The notes under the pieces were generated by a model. It worked only from the letters and a program-made list of their open reading frames with translations. It ran no database searches and was not told where the DNA came from. The translations under genes and the position numbers were made by a program. Positions 48,255 through 58,996 of a stretch of 61,197 nucleotides of DNA are shown one piece after another (within the stretch, counting starts at the first letter, position 1; each line of letters begins with the position of its first letter). The stretch comes from Gammaproteobacteria bacterium. GTDB lineage: Bacteria; Pseudomonadota; Gammaproteobacteria; Steroidobacterales; UBA11654. Where the stretch lies: assembly GCA_029941465.1 (NCBI GenBank), contig JAPYQN010000007.1:972-62168 (forward strand), read 5' to 3'.

Positions 48255-49634
48255 TTGTCAGATAAGGAATACAGAATAGAAAAAGATAGCATGGGAGAGC
48301 TTAAAGTTCCTGCCGATAGTCATTGGGGTTCACAAACGCAAAGAGCTATTGAGAATTTTCAAATCAGTCAGATAAAAATGCCGTCAGGCCTTATTAGATC
48401 TTTGGCTTTGTTGAAGTGGGCATTGTCTTCTGCAAATGCAAAATTAGGTACTTTAAGTAAGGATAAAGCTGATGCCATAGGTAGAGCTGCACTAGAAATA
48501 GCTGACGGAAAATATGCCGATCAGTTTCCAGTTGATGTTTTTCAAACAGGTTCTGGAACTAGCACTAACATGAATATGAATGAAGTAATTGCACATTTAT
48601 CTTCCTCAGATAAGCTCGATATTCATCCCAACGATGACGTTAATCTAGGACAAAGCAGTAACGATATTATTCCCTCAGCGATCAATGTTTCGTCTACCTT
48701 GTTGGTTAATACAGATTTACTCCCTGCTTTGGAACATTTACATGTAATCATGGATGGGAAAGCAGCGAGTCTTAATGATGTTGTTAAAACTGGCCGGACG
48801 CATTTGATGGATGCGATGCCTATTACCTTTGGACAAGAAATCAGTGCGTGGTCTGCACAAATCAAAGATCTAAAGAAACAGTTGGAACTGATGCAAGTAG
48901 ATCTCCAACAATTAGCAGTTGGGGGAACAGCGGTTGGAAGTGGGGTTAATGCTCATCCTGACTTAAGTCCAATCACTTGCAAATTTATGAATGAAAAAAC
49001 TGGCATGAATTTTCAGCCAGCCTCGAATGCATTTAGATCAATTAGCTCCCAAGATATTTCTCTCGAGCTTTCATCTAAAACAAAAACTCTGGCGGTAATT
49101 TTAACCAAGATTGCAAACGATCTAAGATGGATGAATAGTGGTCCTTTAGGTGGTTTAGGTGAAATTCAATTACCAGCACTTCAACCTGGTAGTAGCATCA
49201 TGCCAGGTAAGATAAATCCCGTAATACCTGAATCAGTATCAATGGTAGCTGCACAGGTAATCGGTAATGACACGACCATAACTATGGCTGCTCAATCTGG
49301 AAATTTCCAATTGAATGTAATGCTGCCTCTTATTGGCTTTAATTTAATTCAATCAATTTCAATATTAAGCAATGCTTGTAATGCCCTTGCAGATAAAGCT
49401 ATCAGAGATTTTACGGTGAATCATGAAAACATCGAATCTGTTCTCAATCACAATCCAATTCTAGTAACAGCTCTTAATGCGAGCATTGGTTATGAGACAG
49501 GTGCAAAAATTGTAAAAAAAGCTTATAAAGAAAAGCGGTCAATTATTGACGTTGCATCTGAATTAACTGACCTCGATGAAGCCACATTAAAAGATATTCT
49601 AGATCCTTTAAAATTAACTCAAAATAAACAATAA
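48255..49634 (+). CDS. fumC: Class II fumarate hydratase
   Basis: RIEKDSMG, QTGSGTSTNMN, GRTHLMDA and GSSIMPGKINP. TTG start follows AAGGAG. Confidence 0.95.
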   Translation: MSDKEYRIEKDSMGELKVPADSHWGSQTQRAIENFQISQIKMPSGLIRSLALLKWALSSANAKLGTLSKDKADAIGRAALEIADGKYADQFPVDVFQTGSGTSTNMNMNEVIAHLSSSDKLDIHPNDDVNLGQSSNDIIPSAINVSSTLLVNTDLLPALEHLHVIMDGKAASLNDVVKTGRTHLMDAMPITFGQEISAWSAQIKDLKKQLELMQVDLQQLAVGGTAVGSGVNAHPDLSPITCKFMNEKTGMNFQPASNAFRSISSQDISLELSSKTKTLAVILTKIANDLRWMNSGPLGGLGEIQLPALQPGSSIMPGKINPVIPESVSMVAAQVIGNDTTITMAAQSGNFQLNVMLPLIGFNLIQSISILSNACNALADKAIRDFTVNHENIESVLNHNPILVTALNASIGYETGAKIVKKAYKEKRSIIDVASELTDLDEATLKDILDPLKLTQNKQ

Positions 49635-49648
49635 GACCCCTCTTTTTT

Positions 49649-50263
49649 ATGTTGAATAAGATAAGAGAGAGTTATCACGGCACTCAACCCTCCACTGATC
49701 CAGTATTAGAGGTAATGAATAGATTGCCAGTGCATATCGTCAAAGATTATTTACAAAAAATAAATCTAAAACACGCTGGAGTTTTATTAGGTCTTCAGCA
49801 GTCTGCGTCAGGCATAAATATTATCTTGACAAAAAGAACAACTAAATTGAAAAATCATGCCGGTGAGATTAGTCTTCCTGGTGGTTCTTTTGATGAATCT
49901 CAGGATAGCAGCATCATAGAAACTGCTGTAAGAGAAGCTAATGAAGAGATTGGTTTAGCTCAGAGTTCATCTGAAATTATTGGCTTTGTTCCACCACAGA
50001 TCAGTTTAGGGACCGGTTTTATTGTCACCCCTGTAATTGCTTTCGTAGAAGATGATTTTTCTCCTGTTCGAAATCAGGATGAAGTTGAAGAAATATTTCA
50101 AGTGCCCTTAGACTTTCTTATGGACCAAGTAAATCTTGAGCACCAGCATAAGGTTTATGATGAGATTAAATGGTCTGTCTACAGCTACAGTTATGAGCAA
50201 TATTATATATGGGGTCTAACCGCACAAATCATTAGAAAATTTTGTAACTTAATTAAGCAATAG
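49649..50263 (+). CDS. Nudix CoA pyrophosphatase (NudL/PCD1-like)
   Basis: LTKR...HAGEISLPGG, Nudix box AVREANEEIG and IWGLTA. Confidence 0.9.
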   Translation: MLNKIRESYHGTQPSTDPVLEVMNRLPVHIVKDYLQKINLKHAGVLLGLQQSASGINIILTKRTTKLKNHAGEISLPGGSFDESQDSSIIETAVREANEEIGLAQSSSEIIGFVPPQISLGTGFIVTPVIAFVEDDFSPVRNQDEVEEIFQVPLDFLMDQVNLEHQHKVYDEIKWSVYSYSYEQYYIWGLTAQIIRKFCNLIKQ

Positions 50264-50272
50264 GAGAATATT

Positions 50273-51043
50273 TTGGAAAAATTACATCAAATTACATCAC
50301 AACTTAGAGACCCTGAAAAAGGATGTCCTTGGGATAGGGAGCAAACATTTGAGTCAATTGCTCACTGTGCGATAGAAGAAGCATATGAAGTTGTTGAGGC
50401 CATTGAGAATAAGGATTATGAAGCTTTCAAAAATGAATTAGGAGATCTCTTATTCCAAGTAGCATTTCATTCAAACATTGCCGAGGAAATGAACTTATTC
50501 ACTTTTGATGATGTGGTTGATTCAATTACTACTAAATTGATTAATAGACACCCTCATGTGTTTTCAGATTTATCAATAGAAGATTCTAAGGCACAAACAG
50601 ACCAGTGGGAGAGAATTAAAATTGAAGAGAGAAAACAGAAACATGGCATAAACAGTATTCTTGATGATATTGGCACAAATCAGCCAGCATTGAATATAGC
50701 CTATAAGATAGGGAAAAGAGCACGATCAGTTGGATTTGATTGGAGTAATGTTGGTGGTGTTATTGATAAAATTGAAGAAGAAATCGAAGAGCTTAAAGTT
50801 GCTATAAGTTCAGGTAATCAAAGCAATATTGAAGAAGAGGCTGGGGATTTATTATTTAGCATCGTTAGTCTCTCGAGGCACACCTCAATAGACCCTGAAT
50901 CAGCATTAAGGAAAGCTAATAAAAAATTTGATCAACGTTTCAGATCTATGGAAAGAGTTTTAAAAGAATCTAATAGGGAATTCTCTCATATGACCGAAAG
51001 GGAGCTTGATAAATTATGGGAAAATATAAAAGAAAAAGAATAG
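50273..51043 (+). CDS. mazG: Nucleoside triphosphate pyrophosphohydrolase MazG
   Basis: GCPWDREQT, EEAYE, ELGDLL, RHPHVF and a second domain EEAGDLLF. Confidence 0.95.
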   Translation: MEKLHQITSQLRDPEKGCPWDREQTFESIAHCAIEEAYEVVEAIENKDYEAFKNELGDLLFQVAFHSNIAEEMNLFTFDDVVDSITTKLINRHPHVFSDLSIEDSKAQTDQWERIKIEERKQKHGINSILDDIGTNQPALNIAYKIGKRARSVGFDWSNVGGVIDKIEEEIEELKVAISSGNQSNIEEEAGDLLFSIVSLSRHTSIDPESALRKANKKFDQRFRSMERVLKESNREFSHMTERELDKLWENIKEKE

Positions 51044-51047
51044 TTGG

Positions 51048-52874
51048 ATGAATGATAAATTTAATACGCTTAAGAATTACGCAAGACGACTGACTAGTAA
51101 ACCTGGTGTTTATTGCATGATAAACAGAAAAGAAGATGTGATTTATGTTGGTAAAGCAAAAAATTTAAAAAAAAGAGTCATTAGCTACTTTACTTCAGTT
51201 AATTCAGGGGGTAAGAAACAAGCGATCTTAAAAGAGACTCATTCAATTTCAATCACTATTACTCGAACCGAACGAGAGGCTTTGATTCTAGAAAATACTC
51301 TAATAAAAAAATACAGACCTAAGTTCAATGTTTTACTCAAAGACAGTAAGAGTTATCCATATATAGAAGTAAATAATACCCACCAATTCCCACGATTTTC
51401 TTTTCATAGAGGGAAAAAAGATTTAAAAAAAGCAGAATATTATGGTCCTTATCCTAACGTAAGTGCTGTTAGAAATACGTTGAGTCAGTTACAAAAAGTT
51501 TTTTTATTGAGGAATTGTGATGAATCCTTTTTTAATAACCGATCAAGACCTTGTTTACAATTTCAAATAAAGAGATGTTCAGGACCTTGTGTGGGTTTGG
51601 TCACAAAAGAGGAATATCAATTTAACGTCAATCAAGCTCTCGACTATTTAAAAGGCAATGATCAATCCATTATTGAAAAGTTTATTGGAAAAATGGATCA
51701 ATCTTCAGCCCAACAAGATTATGAAAAAGCTGGTTTTTATAGAGATCAAATTAGTTCATTAAAAGTTATACAATCACATCAATTTGTTGATGGAGCAAAT
51801 CGAATTGATGCCGATGCCATAGCACTTACCGAATCATCAGGCATGTTTTGTATTTCTGTATTATTTTTACGCAAAGGACAAATTTTAGGTAGTCGTTCAT
51901 TTTATCCTCAAAAGACAAATATGGCTGATGCTCAAGAGGTGATAGAGTCTTTTTTAATGCAGTACTACACTATGTATCAACCACCTAAAGAGATATTACT
52001 TAATATCAAACTTGAAAATCTTAGACTGCTTCAAGAAGCCCTTTCTGATGAATTAAAAACCAAAGTAATCATAAAACACAGCGTCAAGTCCTACAGGAAA
52101 AAATGGCTTGAAATCTCTGCATCAAATTCTATTGAATCATTAAAATCTAAGTTAGCCTCAAAAGCTTCAATAGCAGCTCAGTTGTATGAACTGACTGAGA
52201 TTATTAGCCATGATAAGTTTGTCCAGAATATCGAATGTTTTGATGTTAGTCATTTCATGGGTGACAAGTGTGTAGCTTCATGTGTTGCATTTAATCGAGA
52301 GGGATTTAATAAACAGGGTTACCGACGTTTTAATATTAGTGGAATAAATAAAGGTAATGATTACGCTGCTATGTCACAAGCTCTTTCTCGTCACTATTCA
52401 AGAAGTTTAAAAGAATCTAGGTTATTACCCGACATCATTCTTGTCGATGGAGGCAAGGGCCAGATAAATATTGCCATTAGTGTATTTAAAGATCTGGGAA
52501 TAATCGGAATACCTATACTCGGTATTGCTAAAGGCCCAAACCGCCAATTGAAAGAAGATCGAATTTTCATTAATAAAAATAAAAGCCCTCTTTCAATGGC
52601 AAATAATTCACCAGCTAAGTTTTTAATACAATCAATTCGTGATGAGGCTCATCGATTCGCAATCACTGGGCACCGCAATAAAAAAAGAAAAAAGCTATTA
52701 ACTTCTGATATCCAGTCAATTGAAGGTATTGGCCCAAACAAGAAAAAGGATTTACTAAAACAATTCGGAGGTATTCAGGAAATTAAACGAGCTTCAGTAG
52801 AGGATTTAATGACCGTTAGAGGTATTAATAACAATTTAGCAAATAAAATTTATAATCATTTCAATGCTAATTAA
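51048..52874 (+). CDS. uvrC: Excinuclease ABC subunit C
   Basis: GIY-YIG (PGVY..YVGKAKNL), ECFDVSH, DGGKGQ, RDEAHRFA and C-terminal HhH. Confidence 0.97.
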   Translation: MNDKFNTLKNYARRLTSKPGVYCMINRKEDVIYVGKAKNLKKRVISYFTSVNSGGKKQAILKETHSISITITRTEREALILENTLIKKYRPKFNVLLKDSKSYPYIEVNNTHQFPRFSFHRGKKDLKKAEYYGPYPNVSAVRNTLSQLQKVFLLRNCDESFFNNRSRPCLQFQIKRCSGPCVGLVTKEEYQFNVNQALDYLKGNDQSIIEKFIGKMDQSSAQQDYEKAGFYRDQISSLKVIQSHQFVDGANRIDADAIALTESSGMFCISVLFLRKGQILGSRSFYPQKTNMADAQEVIESFLMQYYTMYQPPKEILLNIKLENLRLLQEALSDELKTKVIIKHSVKSYRKKWLEISASNSIESLKSKLASKASIAAQLYELTEIISHDKFVQNIECFDVSHFMGDKCVASCVAFNREGFNKQGYRRFNISGINKGNDYAAMSQALSRHYSRSLKESRLLPDIILVDGGKGQINIAISVFKDLGIIGIPILGIAKGPNRQLKEDRIFINKNKSPLSMANNSPAKFLIQSIRDEAHRFAITGHRNKKRKKLLTSDIQSIEGIGPNKKKDLLKQFGGIQEIKRASVEDLMTVRGINNNLANKIYNHFNAN

Positions 52875-52906
52875 TCTTTTTTTCAAATAAATATTATAAT
52901 CATTAC

Positions 52907-53479
52907 ATGAGAGCCACATTTAATTTTGCAAATGCATTAACGCTTTTCAGGATTGCCAGTATTCCTTTGATTGCTGCTTTATTCTTTTCTTCAATTGATA
53001 ATGCTAGACCACTAGCTGCTATGGTCTTCATTTTAGCTGCATTAACTGATTGGTTGGATGGTTGGGTTGCTAGAGAATACAATTTATCCTCAAGATTTGG
53101 AGCATTTTTGGACCCTGTGGCAGATAAGCTCATTGTTTCAATTGCGTTAATTTTAATCGTCCAGAGTGACCCCAGTCTTCTAAACGCGATTATAGCATCA
53201 ATTATTATTGGTCGTGAACTCACAATTTCTGCACTTCGAGAGTGGATGTCTGAGCTTGGGGAACGGCATAAGGTTTCCGTGATTGGTTATGCAAAACTTA
53301 AAACCATTTTACAGATGGTCGGACTCTCTTGTATGTTGTTTAGTAAACCTATTTTTTATGTTGATATATACTTAATTGGCAGTGTTTGTCTTCTAGGCTC
53401 TGCTGTTTTAACACTTTGGACCATGATAGTTTACCTAATTAGAGCATGGCCAATAATTTCAAAAGGTGATTATTTGTGA
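52907..53479 (+). CDS. pgsA: CDP-diacylglycerol--glycerol-3-phosphate 3-phosphatidyltransferase
   Basis: TDWLDGWVAR, FGAFLDPVADK and GRELTISALREWM. Follows uvrC. Confidence 0.95.
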   Translation: MRATFNFANALTLFRIASIPLIAALFFSSIDNARPLAAMVFILAALTDWLDGWVAREYNLSSRFGAFLDPVADKLIVSIALILIVQSDPSLLNAIIASIIIGRELTISALREWMSELGERHKVSVIGYAKLKTILQMVGLSCMLFSKPIFYVDIYLIGSVCLLGSAVLTLWTMIVYLIRAWPIISKGDYL

Positions 53480-55215
53480 GATCTAAACCTTTCTTAGCAA
53501 TAATTCTTCTGCTAATAATCGGTGCTTGTGGAACAGGCAGTGAAGATGCATATTTTAACCAAATCCTAGACGATGAGTGGAGCAGAGGCATGGAAGAAAA
53601 TCCAGTCTACGCTTCTTATATGGGAGATAAATCAGCTAATCAAGATTGGCCCGATATTTCTGATCAAGCGGTAAGAGAAAGACAGAAAAAGACTCGAGAG
53701 GTCCTAGAAAAAATTAAATCCGTTAATCCTCAAAAACTCACAGAGGAGAATCAACTTAATTATAGATTGTTTCTATACAATTATGAGCGATCGGTAAAAT
53801 CACAGAAATTTGACAGCCATTTACTCACCTTTGGTCAAAGAGGAGGGATTCAACTAGAACAAGAGACAGCAGAAGGACTAAGTTTTAATAGCTCACAGGA
53901 TTACAAAGATTGGTTAGCAAGATTAGAAAAATTACCTGAATTAATTAATACACATATTGACCTTGGAAAATTAGGCATCGAGAAGAGTATTACCGCACCA
54001 AATATTTTAATGCAACGCGTTGCTAAGCAAATTCAATTGCAATTAGTAGACGATCCAGAGGATAGTCCTTTTTATAATGTTTTTTCAGATATACCCAAAA
54101 CAATTAATGATTGGGAAGCGCTTCAAATACAAGCAAAGGAAGTGATTAAAGAGCAAGTTGTTCCTGCTTATCAAACCCTTGATTTCTTTTTTAGGACTGA
54201 ATATTTACCAATGTCACGTGATACTTATGGTGTTTCTGCTTTGCCAAATGGTTACGAATGGTATGAAAATTTAGCTGCATATCACACAACCACTGATTTA
54301 AGTCCTGATGAAATTCATAATATTGGTCTATCTGAGGTCAAACGAATTCGATCTGAAATGCAAGAAGTCATTGACTCAATCGGTTTTGAAGGAACTTTTA
54401 ATGATTTCTTAATATTTCTTAGAACAGACCCACAGTTTTATTATGAAACAGAAGATGAATTATTTGAGGCCTACTTAGCAACCTCTAAGAAAATAGATCC
54501 AGAAATTGTTCGACTTTTTAAGGTCTTACCTAGAACGCCTTATGGATTAAAACCAATACCAAAAGAATCTGCACCAGATACAACAACTGCCTATTACATG
54601 AGACCAGCAGCTGATGGATCAAGAGCTGGTTATTATTATGTCAATCTTTATCGACCAGAAGTCAGACCAAAATTTGAAATGGAGGTTCTCTCAGTCCATG
54701 AAGCGGTGCCAGGTCATCATCTACAGATAGCATTGGCTATGGAACTTGAGGGGATACCTAATTTTAGAAAATATTCAGGATACACAGCCTTTGTCGAAGG
54801 TTGGGGCCTTTATAGCGAGAGCTTAGGATATGATATTGGTCTTTATGAAGACCCGTATTCAAAATTCGGAGCATTAACTTATGACATGTGGCGTGCCGTT
54901 CGGTTAGTGGTCGATACGGGTATGCACTATAAAGGATGGAGTAGACAACAAGCCATTGACTTCTTTAAAGACAATGCCGCAAAAACTGAGCAAGATATTG
55001 TCAATGAGATTGATCGCTATCTGATTATGCCGGGCCAAGCACTCGCCTATAAAATAGGACAATTGAAACTTCTCGAATTAAAACAAAGGGCGAAGAATCA
55101 GCTTGGAGATCAGTTTGATATTAAAGAATTCCATCATGCCGTTCTTAGTCAAGGGGCACTTCCCTTGGCCGTGCTTGAAGAGCGAATAGATGATTATCTT
55201 TTAGAGGTTAAATAA
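53476..55215 (+). CDS. DUF885 family lipoprotein (putative metallopeptidase)
   Basis: Lipobox IGAC, HEAVPGHH, FVEGWGLYSE, RLVVDTGMH and PGQALAYKIG. Confidence 0.9.
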   Translation: MRSKPFLAIILLLIIGACGTGSEDAYFNQILDDEWSRGMEENPVYASYMGDKSANQDWPDISDQAVRERQKKTREVLEKIKSVNPQKLTEENQLNYRLFLYNYERSVKSQKFDSHLLTFGQRGGIQLEQETAEGLSFNSSQDYKDWLARLEKLPELINTHIDLGKLGIEKSITAPNILMQRVAKQIQLQLVDDPEDSPFYNVFSDIPKTINDWEALQIQAKEVIKEQVVPAYQTLDFFFRTEYLPMSRDTYGVSALPNGYEWYENLAAYHTTTDLSPDEIHNIGLSEVKRIRSEMQEVIDSIGFEGTFNDFLIFLRTDPQFYYETEDELFEAYLATSKKIDPEIVRLFKVLPRTPYGLKPIPKESAPDTTTAYYMRPAADGSRAGYYYVNLYRPEVRPKFEMEVLSVHEAVPGHHLQIALAMELEGIPNFRKYSGYTAFVEGWGLYSESLGYDIGLYEDPYSKFGALTYDMWRAVRLVVDTGMHYKGWSRQQAIDFFKDNAAKTEQDIVNEIDRYLIMPGQALAYKIGQLKLLELKQRAKNQLGDQFDIKEFHHAVLSQGALPLAVLEERIDDYLLEVK

Positions 55216-56223
55216 CGTCTCAAAATTGCTTTGAAGAATTAATTTCATCTCCATAGCTGAATATTCATTGATTTCCATAGCCTCAACGAAGTTTTCTAAA
55301 TGACTTGCCGTATAACCAGGAAATTGAGGGCCATCAGATCCATAAATTACTCTATCAATCAATCCTTCTTTTTTAATAATTTTAAGATATTCGGGTAAAA
55401 CTTCAGCTGCTTTTCTGGCGCCTAAAGCACCGGGTTCAAAATAAACATTATCGTATTTTTTAGCCAATTGAATACAAGATTCTAGATAAGTTAACTGAAT
55501 TAAAAAACTATCATAACCAGTGTGTCCCAAAATAAATTTTGTCTGAGGATACTTGATAATTGATTCTTCTAAATATAGTGGATCAACATAGGGTGGCTCT
55601 CTTCTTGTGTAAGGGTTTGGGCTGGTTCCTGTATGAATATAAATTGGTTTATTTAAGCGACCAGCTATTTCATAAATTCCATCAAAGCGTTGATCATCCA
55701 ATCTCATTTGCTGATGTGCATGAGCTAGCTTAATGCCAGTGGCTTTGTATTTGATCAGGTCACTTTCTAATTTTTTAAGTTCTTTATCAGCATTAATATT
55801 CCAATGGTCGGTTCTTATACTATAGAACCCGAACATTCTCTTTGATTGATCTTTTATTTGTTGATATAAGAATTCATTATTTGCAATTCCAGTGGTATCA
55901 GGGCTGTAGACTGCAAACACTCCTGCACGACGAATCCCAGCCTTATCCATTTGTTTTAGAATTCCTTCTGATGTTAAACCACTTCCAAGAAGGTTTTCCA
56001 TTAGAAATTTAAAGGGTTTTGGAACTCTTTCAGAATACCTTTCTTTGTAAGGTTCAGTTAAAGCTTCCCAAGTCCCAGTGTGAAGATGCATATCAATGAT
56101 ATCTATATCCACGCCATCAATGGTGAGTCCGTAAGTTGGTTCCGCGTCATCTTTTATTAAAAAGTTATAGCCCACTCCAAATAGGATGATGAGAATAATG
56201 ACCCTGTATAAATTTTTTTTCAT
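55201..56223 (-). CDS. Amidohydrolase family 2 protein with N-terminal membrane anchor
   Basis: IDMHLH, YIHTG, ILGHTG and YGSDGP. Confidence 0.85.
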   Translation of the reverse strand: MKKNLYRVIILIILFGVGYNFLIKDDAEPTYGLTIDGVDIDIIDMHLHTGTWEALTEPYKERYSERVPKPFKFLMENLLGSGLTSEGILKQMDKAGIRRAGVFAVYSPDTTGIANNEFLYQQIKDQSKRMFGFYSIRTDHWNINADKELKKLESDLIKYKATGIKLAHAHQQMRLDDQRFDGIYEIAGRLNKPIYIHTGTSPNPYTRREPPYVDPLYLEESIIKYPQTKFILGHTGYDSFLIQLTYLESCIQLAKKYDNVYFEPGALGARKAAEVLPEYLKIIKKEGLIDRVIYGSDGPQFPGYTASHLENFVEAMEINEYSAMEMKLILQSNFETLFNL

Positions 56224-56264
56224 AAGTTGTTCAGCTGCTGGTATTAATAATAATCAACTATTGA

Positions 56265-58394
56265 TTAATTTTGTAACAAATAATGAAGTGCAAAGCCATA
56301 GACATCAGAAATATATTCAATAGTTTTATTCCTGGGTGTTCCCGCACCGTGTCCTGCTCTTGTTTCTATTCTGATAAGAATAGGGTTTGTACAATTTTGT
56401 GCTTCTTGCATTCTGGCTGCAAATTTATATGAATGCGATGGAACAACACGATCATCAAGTTCTGAAGTGGTAATCAAAGTAGGTGGGTAGCATTCTCCTC
56501 TTTCTATATTGTGATAAGGGGAATACTTAACCAGCACTTGAAAGTCTTCTAGTTTCTCTGGGGAACCGTAATCACTTTCCCAAGCCCAGCCAATGGTAAA
56601 TTTATTAAAACGAAGCATATCCATTACCCCTACACTAGGTAGAGTAACACCAAATAGATCAGGTCTTTGAAGCATGGTTGCTCCAACCAATAACCCACCA
56701 TTTGAACGACCCTCAATAACAGTTTTTTTAGGGCTAGAAATGTTCATCGTATGTAAATATTCAGCAGCACTCACAAAATCATCAAAAACATTTTGTTTGT
56801 TTTTTAACATGCCTTGTTGATGCCATTCCTCCCCATATTCACCGCCACCTCTAATATTGGGAACTGCAACAACTCCACCCATTAGCATCCAAGCTAAGTA
56901 GCGTTCTTTGAAATTTGGCAGTATTGAGATATCAAAACCACCATAACCGTATAGTAATAATGGGGCATTCACACCCAATTCAGTGTCTTGATGGTGTGAA
57001 ATAAACATGGGAATCATGGTTCCATCCTTAGTGGGATAGAACACCTGTTGACTTATATAGTGATCACCATTGAATTGAGGAATTTCTTTTGCCCATACAA
57101 GTGAAATGTCATCATTTTTGGCATTGTATTTGTATATTTGATTCGGTTGGATGTAATTCGTGTATGAGAAATAAAAAATATCGGAGTCTTGATTTGACGA
57201 AATGTTGGAGATAATTCCTTGTCTATTGAAATTAATTGTTTTCTTTTTTAAAGACTCTTTTTCATAGAGAAAGACTTCGCTTGCCACATTGTTCAAGTAT
57301 TGACATAAAATATAGTTTTCTAAAATTTCAACATTTGTTAGAGCGTCATTTTGCTCATCGATCAATACCTTCCAGTTGTTCTCTTCAGGGTGATTGATAT
57401 CAATTGATATTACTTTTCCCTTGGGAGCATCTAGATTTGTAAAAAACCAAAAAATAGATCCCTCATTACCAAGAAAAGTAAATTGTGCTCTCAAATCTGG
57501 AATCAATTCTACGAAAGACTCGTCCTGTCTTAAATCCTTATAAAATAATCTATTTCTTTCGTCTGTACCCTCGCTAACAGATAGAATGAGATAACGACCG
57601 TCTTCAGTTATTGTAGTTCCCCAACCCCATTCAGGGTGTTCAGGTCGTTCATAAATTAATTGGTTTTTGGATTGAGGTTGACCAAGAGTATGAAAAAACA
57701 GTTTCTGATTCCTGTTTAGTTCTTTATATTCATCACCTTTTTGAGGTTTAGAGTATCCTGAATAATAAAATCCTGAATTATCTTTAGCCCATTCTGCGTT
57801 ACTAAATTTTGACCATTTAATAGTGTCTTCTAGTATGTCACCATTTTTAATATGTTTGATTTTCCATGTTTTCCAATCTGATCCGCCATCCGATATGGAG
57901 TAGGCGATTAGTTCAGAATTAGGGCTTACACTAACTGAGCCGATTGAAACAGTGCCATCTTCAGATAAGAGATTAGGATCAATAACCAGTTTCTTTTTAT
58001 TTTGCGTATTTTCCTGATAGAAGAGCTTGCTTTGTTGCCATGCCCCATTGTTGTAATAGGTAAAAATCTTTGATTTCTTTCGAAAAGGGACAGATTGATT
58101 TTCTTTGTTGTAAATTTTTTCTAGTAGTAATTTAATCTGCTTTTTCTCTGAAAGGTTATCTAAATAAGAATTGGTAAAACGATTTTGCTCTATGATCCAA
58201 GATTGAGTCTGTTCTGAGTTTAAATCCTCTAATCCTCTATAAGGATCATCAATAATAATTCCATGATAGTTATCTTGAGTATTACCTTTAATAGATACTG
58301 GATAATGAATAGTTTTAGCGACACTATGGGTTGAGAAAATTACCAAAGAAATGTAGCAGAATAATAGGTAATATTTATAGATAGTTTTAAACAT
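56265..58394 (-). CDS. Prolyl oligopeptidase (S9A), exported
   Basis: Signal peptide, DPYRGLE, YGYGGF, GRSNGG (Ser), DDRV (Asp) and AGHGAG (His). Confidence 0.94.
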   Translation of the reverse strand: MFKTIYKYYLLFCYISLVIFSTHSVAKTIHYPVSIKGNTQDNYHGIIIDDPYRGLEDLNSEQTQSWIIEQNRFTNSYLDNLSEKKQIKLLLEKIYNKENQSVPFRKKSKIFTYYNNGAWQQSKLFYQENTQNKKKLVIDPNLLSEDGTVSIGSVSVSPNSELIAYSISDGGSDWKTWKIKHIKNGDILEDTIKWSKFSNAEWAKDNSGFYYSGYSKPQKGDEYKELNRNQKLFFHTLGQPQSKNQLIYERPEHPEWGWGTTITEDGRYLILSVSEGTDERNRLFYKDLRQDESFVELIPDLRAQFTFLGNEGSIFWFFTNLDAPKGKVISIDINHPEENNWKVLIDEQNDALTNVEILENYILCQYLNNVASEVFLYEKESLKKKTINFNRQGIISNISSNQDSDIFYFSYTNYIQPNQIYKYNAKNDDISLVWAKEIPQFNGDHYISQQVFYPTKDGTMIPMFISHHQDTELGVNAPLLLYGYGGFDISILPNFKERYLAWMLMGGVVAVPNIRGGGEYGEEWHQQGMLKNKQNVFDDFVSAAEYLHTMNISSPKKTVIEGRSNGGLLVGATMLQRPDLFGVTLPSVGVMDMLRFNKFTIGWAWESDYGSPEKLEDFQVLVKYSPYHNIERGECYPPTLITTSELDDRVVPSHSYKFAARMQEAQNCTNPILIRIETRAGHGAGTPRNKTIEYISDVYGFALHYLLQN

Positions 58395-58437
58395 TCATTA
58401 ATTATAAGTATTTTGGTAGAAATATAAGCAAAAATCT

Positions 58438-58818
58438 ATGGAACAACTTTTAACAAGCGTCGGGTTAATGCAAAACGATGTACTTTTACCCGGTTTTATT
58501 TTTGGGGTTGTGCATGTTAGCCTTGTGATCCTAGGTTTTTATACCGGCTGGAGTATTAATCGGCTTTTAAAGAATGTCACCAAAGGTTATATTGCCGGCA
58601 TTATAGGTGCCTCATTGGCCCATGTAATTGCAGATCTTGTCGCTGCCATTATTGATCCAACCATGAGGGCAAGAACTGCAGGGATAGTTTTGGGAGGGTT
58701 ATTGCCATTGTTCTTGATTCCCTTTTTAGAAAAATATGTTACAAAAAGTAAAAGCCATATTATGATTGGTGATCATGAGGACATTGAGAAAGATTTAAAT
58801 GATGAACATCATCATTAG
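58438..58818 (+). CDS. Small 3-TM membrane protein with His/acidic tail
   Basis: Three hydrophobic helices, intramembrane His and Asp, and a C-terminus GDHEDIEKDLNDEHHH. Confidence 0.65.
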   Translation: MEQLLTSVGLMQNDVLLPGFIFGVVHVSLVILGFYTGWSINRLLKNVTKGYIAGIIGASLAHVIADLVAAIIDPTMRARTAGIVLGGLLPLFLIPFLEKYVTKSKSHIMIGDHEDIEKDLNDEHHH

Positions 58819-58890
58819 TGATTCTATAACCTTTTTCTAAATGAAACACATATTCAGATTAAGTTGGCTGAATTAAGAACACAAAGTGCC

Positions 58891-58918
58891 TTAGCATGAT
58901 TCTGTGGAATCGTATAAT
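58891..58918 (+). promoter_or_regulatory. Putative promoter with palindromic operator upstream of the ferritin-like gene
   Basis: TTAGCA-N16-TATAAT with GATTC-N4-GAATC in the spacer. Confidence 0.35.
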
Positions 58919-58996
58919 AGATGAGAGGGGTTACGGAGATAAATTTTTTTTATTTTTTAGTACAATAATTAACTTGAGGTTACAAAAAAGGTTGTT

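Noticed and set aside
50273-51043. mazG as part of a toxin-antitoxin or abortive-infection module
   Set aside because: It is the full two-domain housekeeping form, with no mazEF or effector neighbours.
631-53223. Short antisense or alternate-frame ORFs (e.g. 631-1059, 1604-1858, 5240-5563, 6835-7128, 32373-32699, 44195-44476, 52903-53223)
   Set aside because: They are essentially contained within well-supported genes, have no recognisable motifs, and are typical shadow ORFs.
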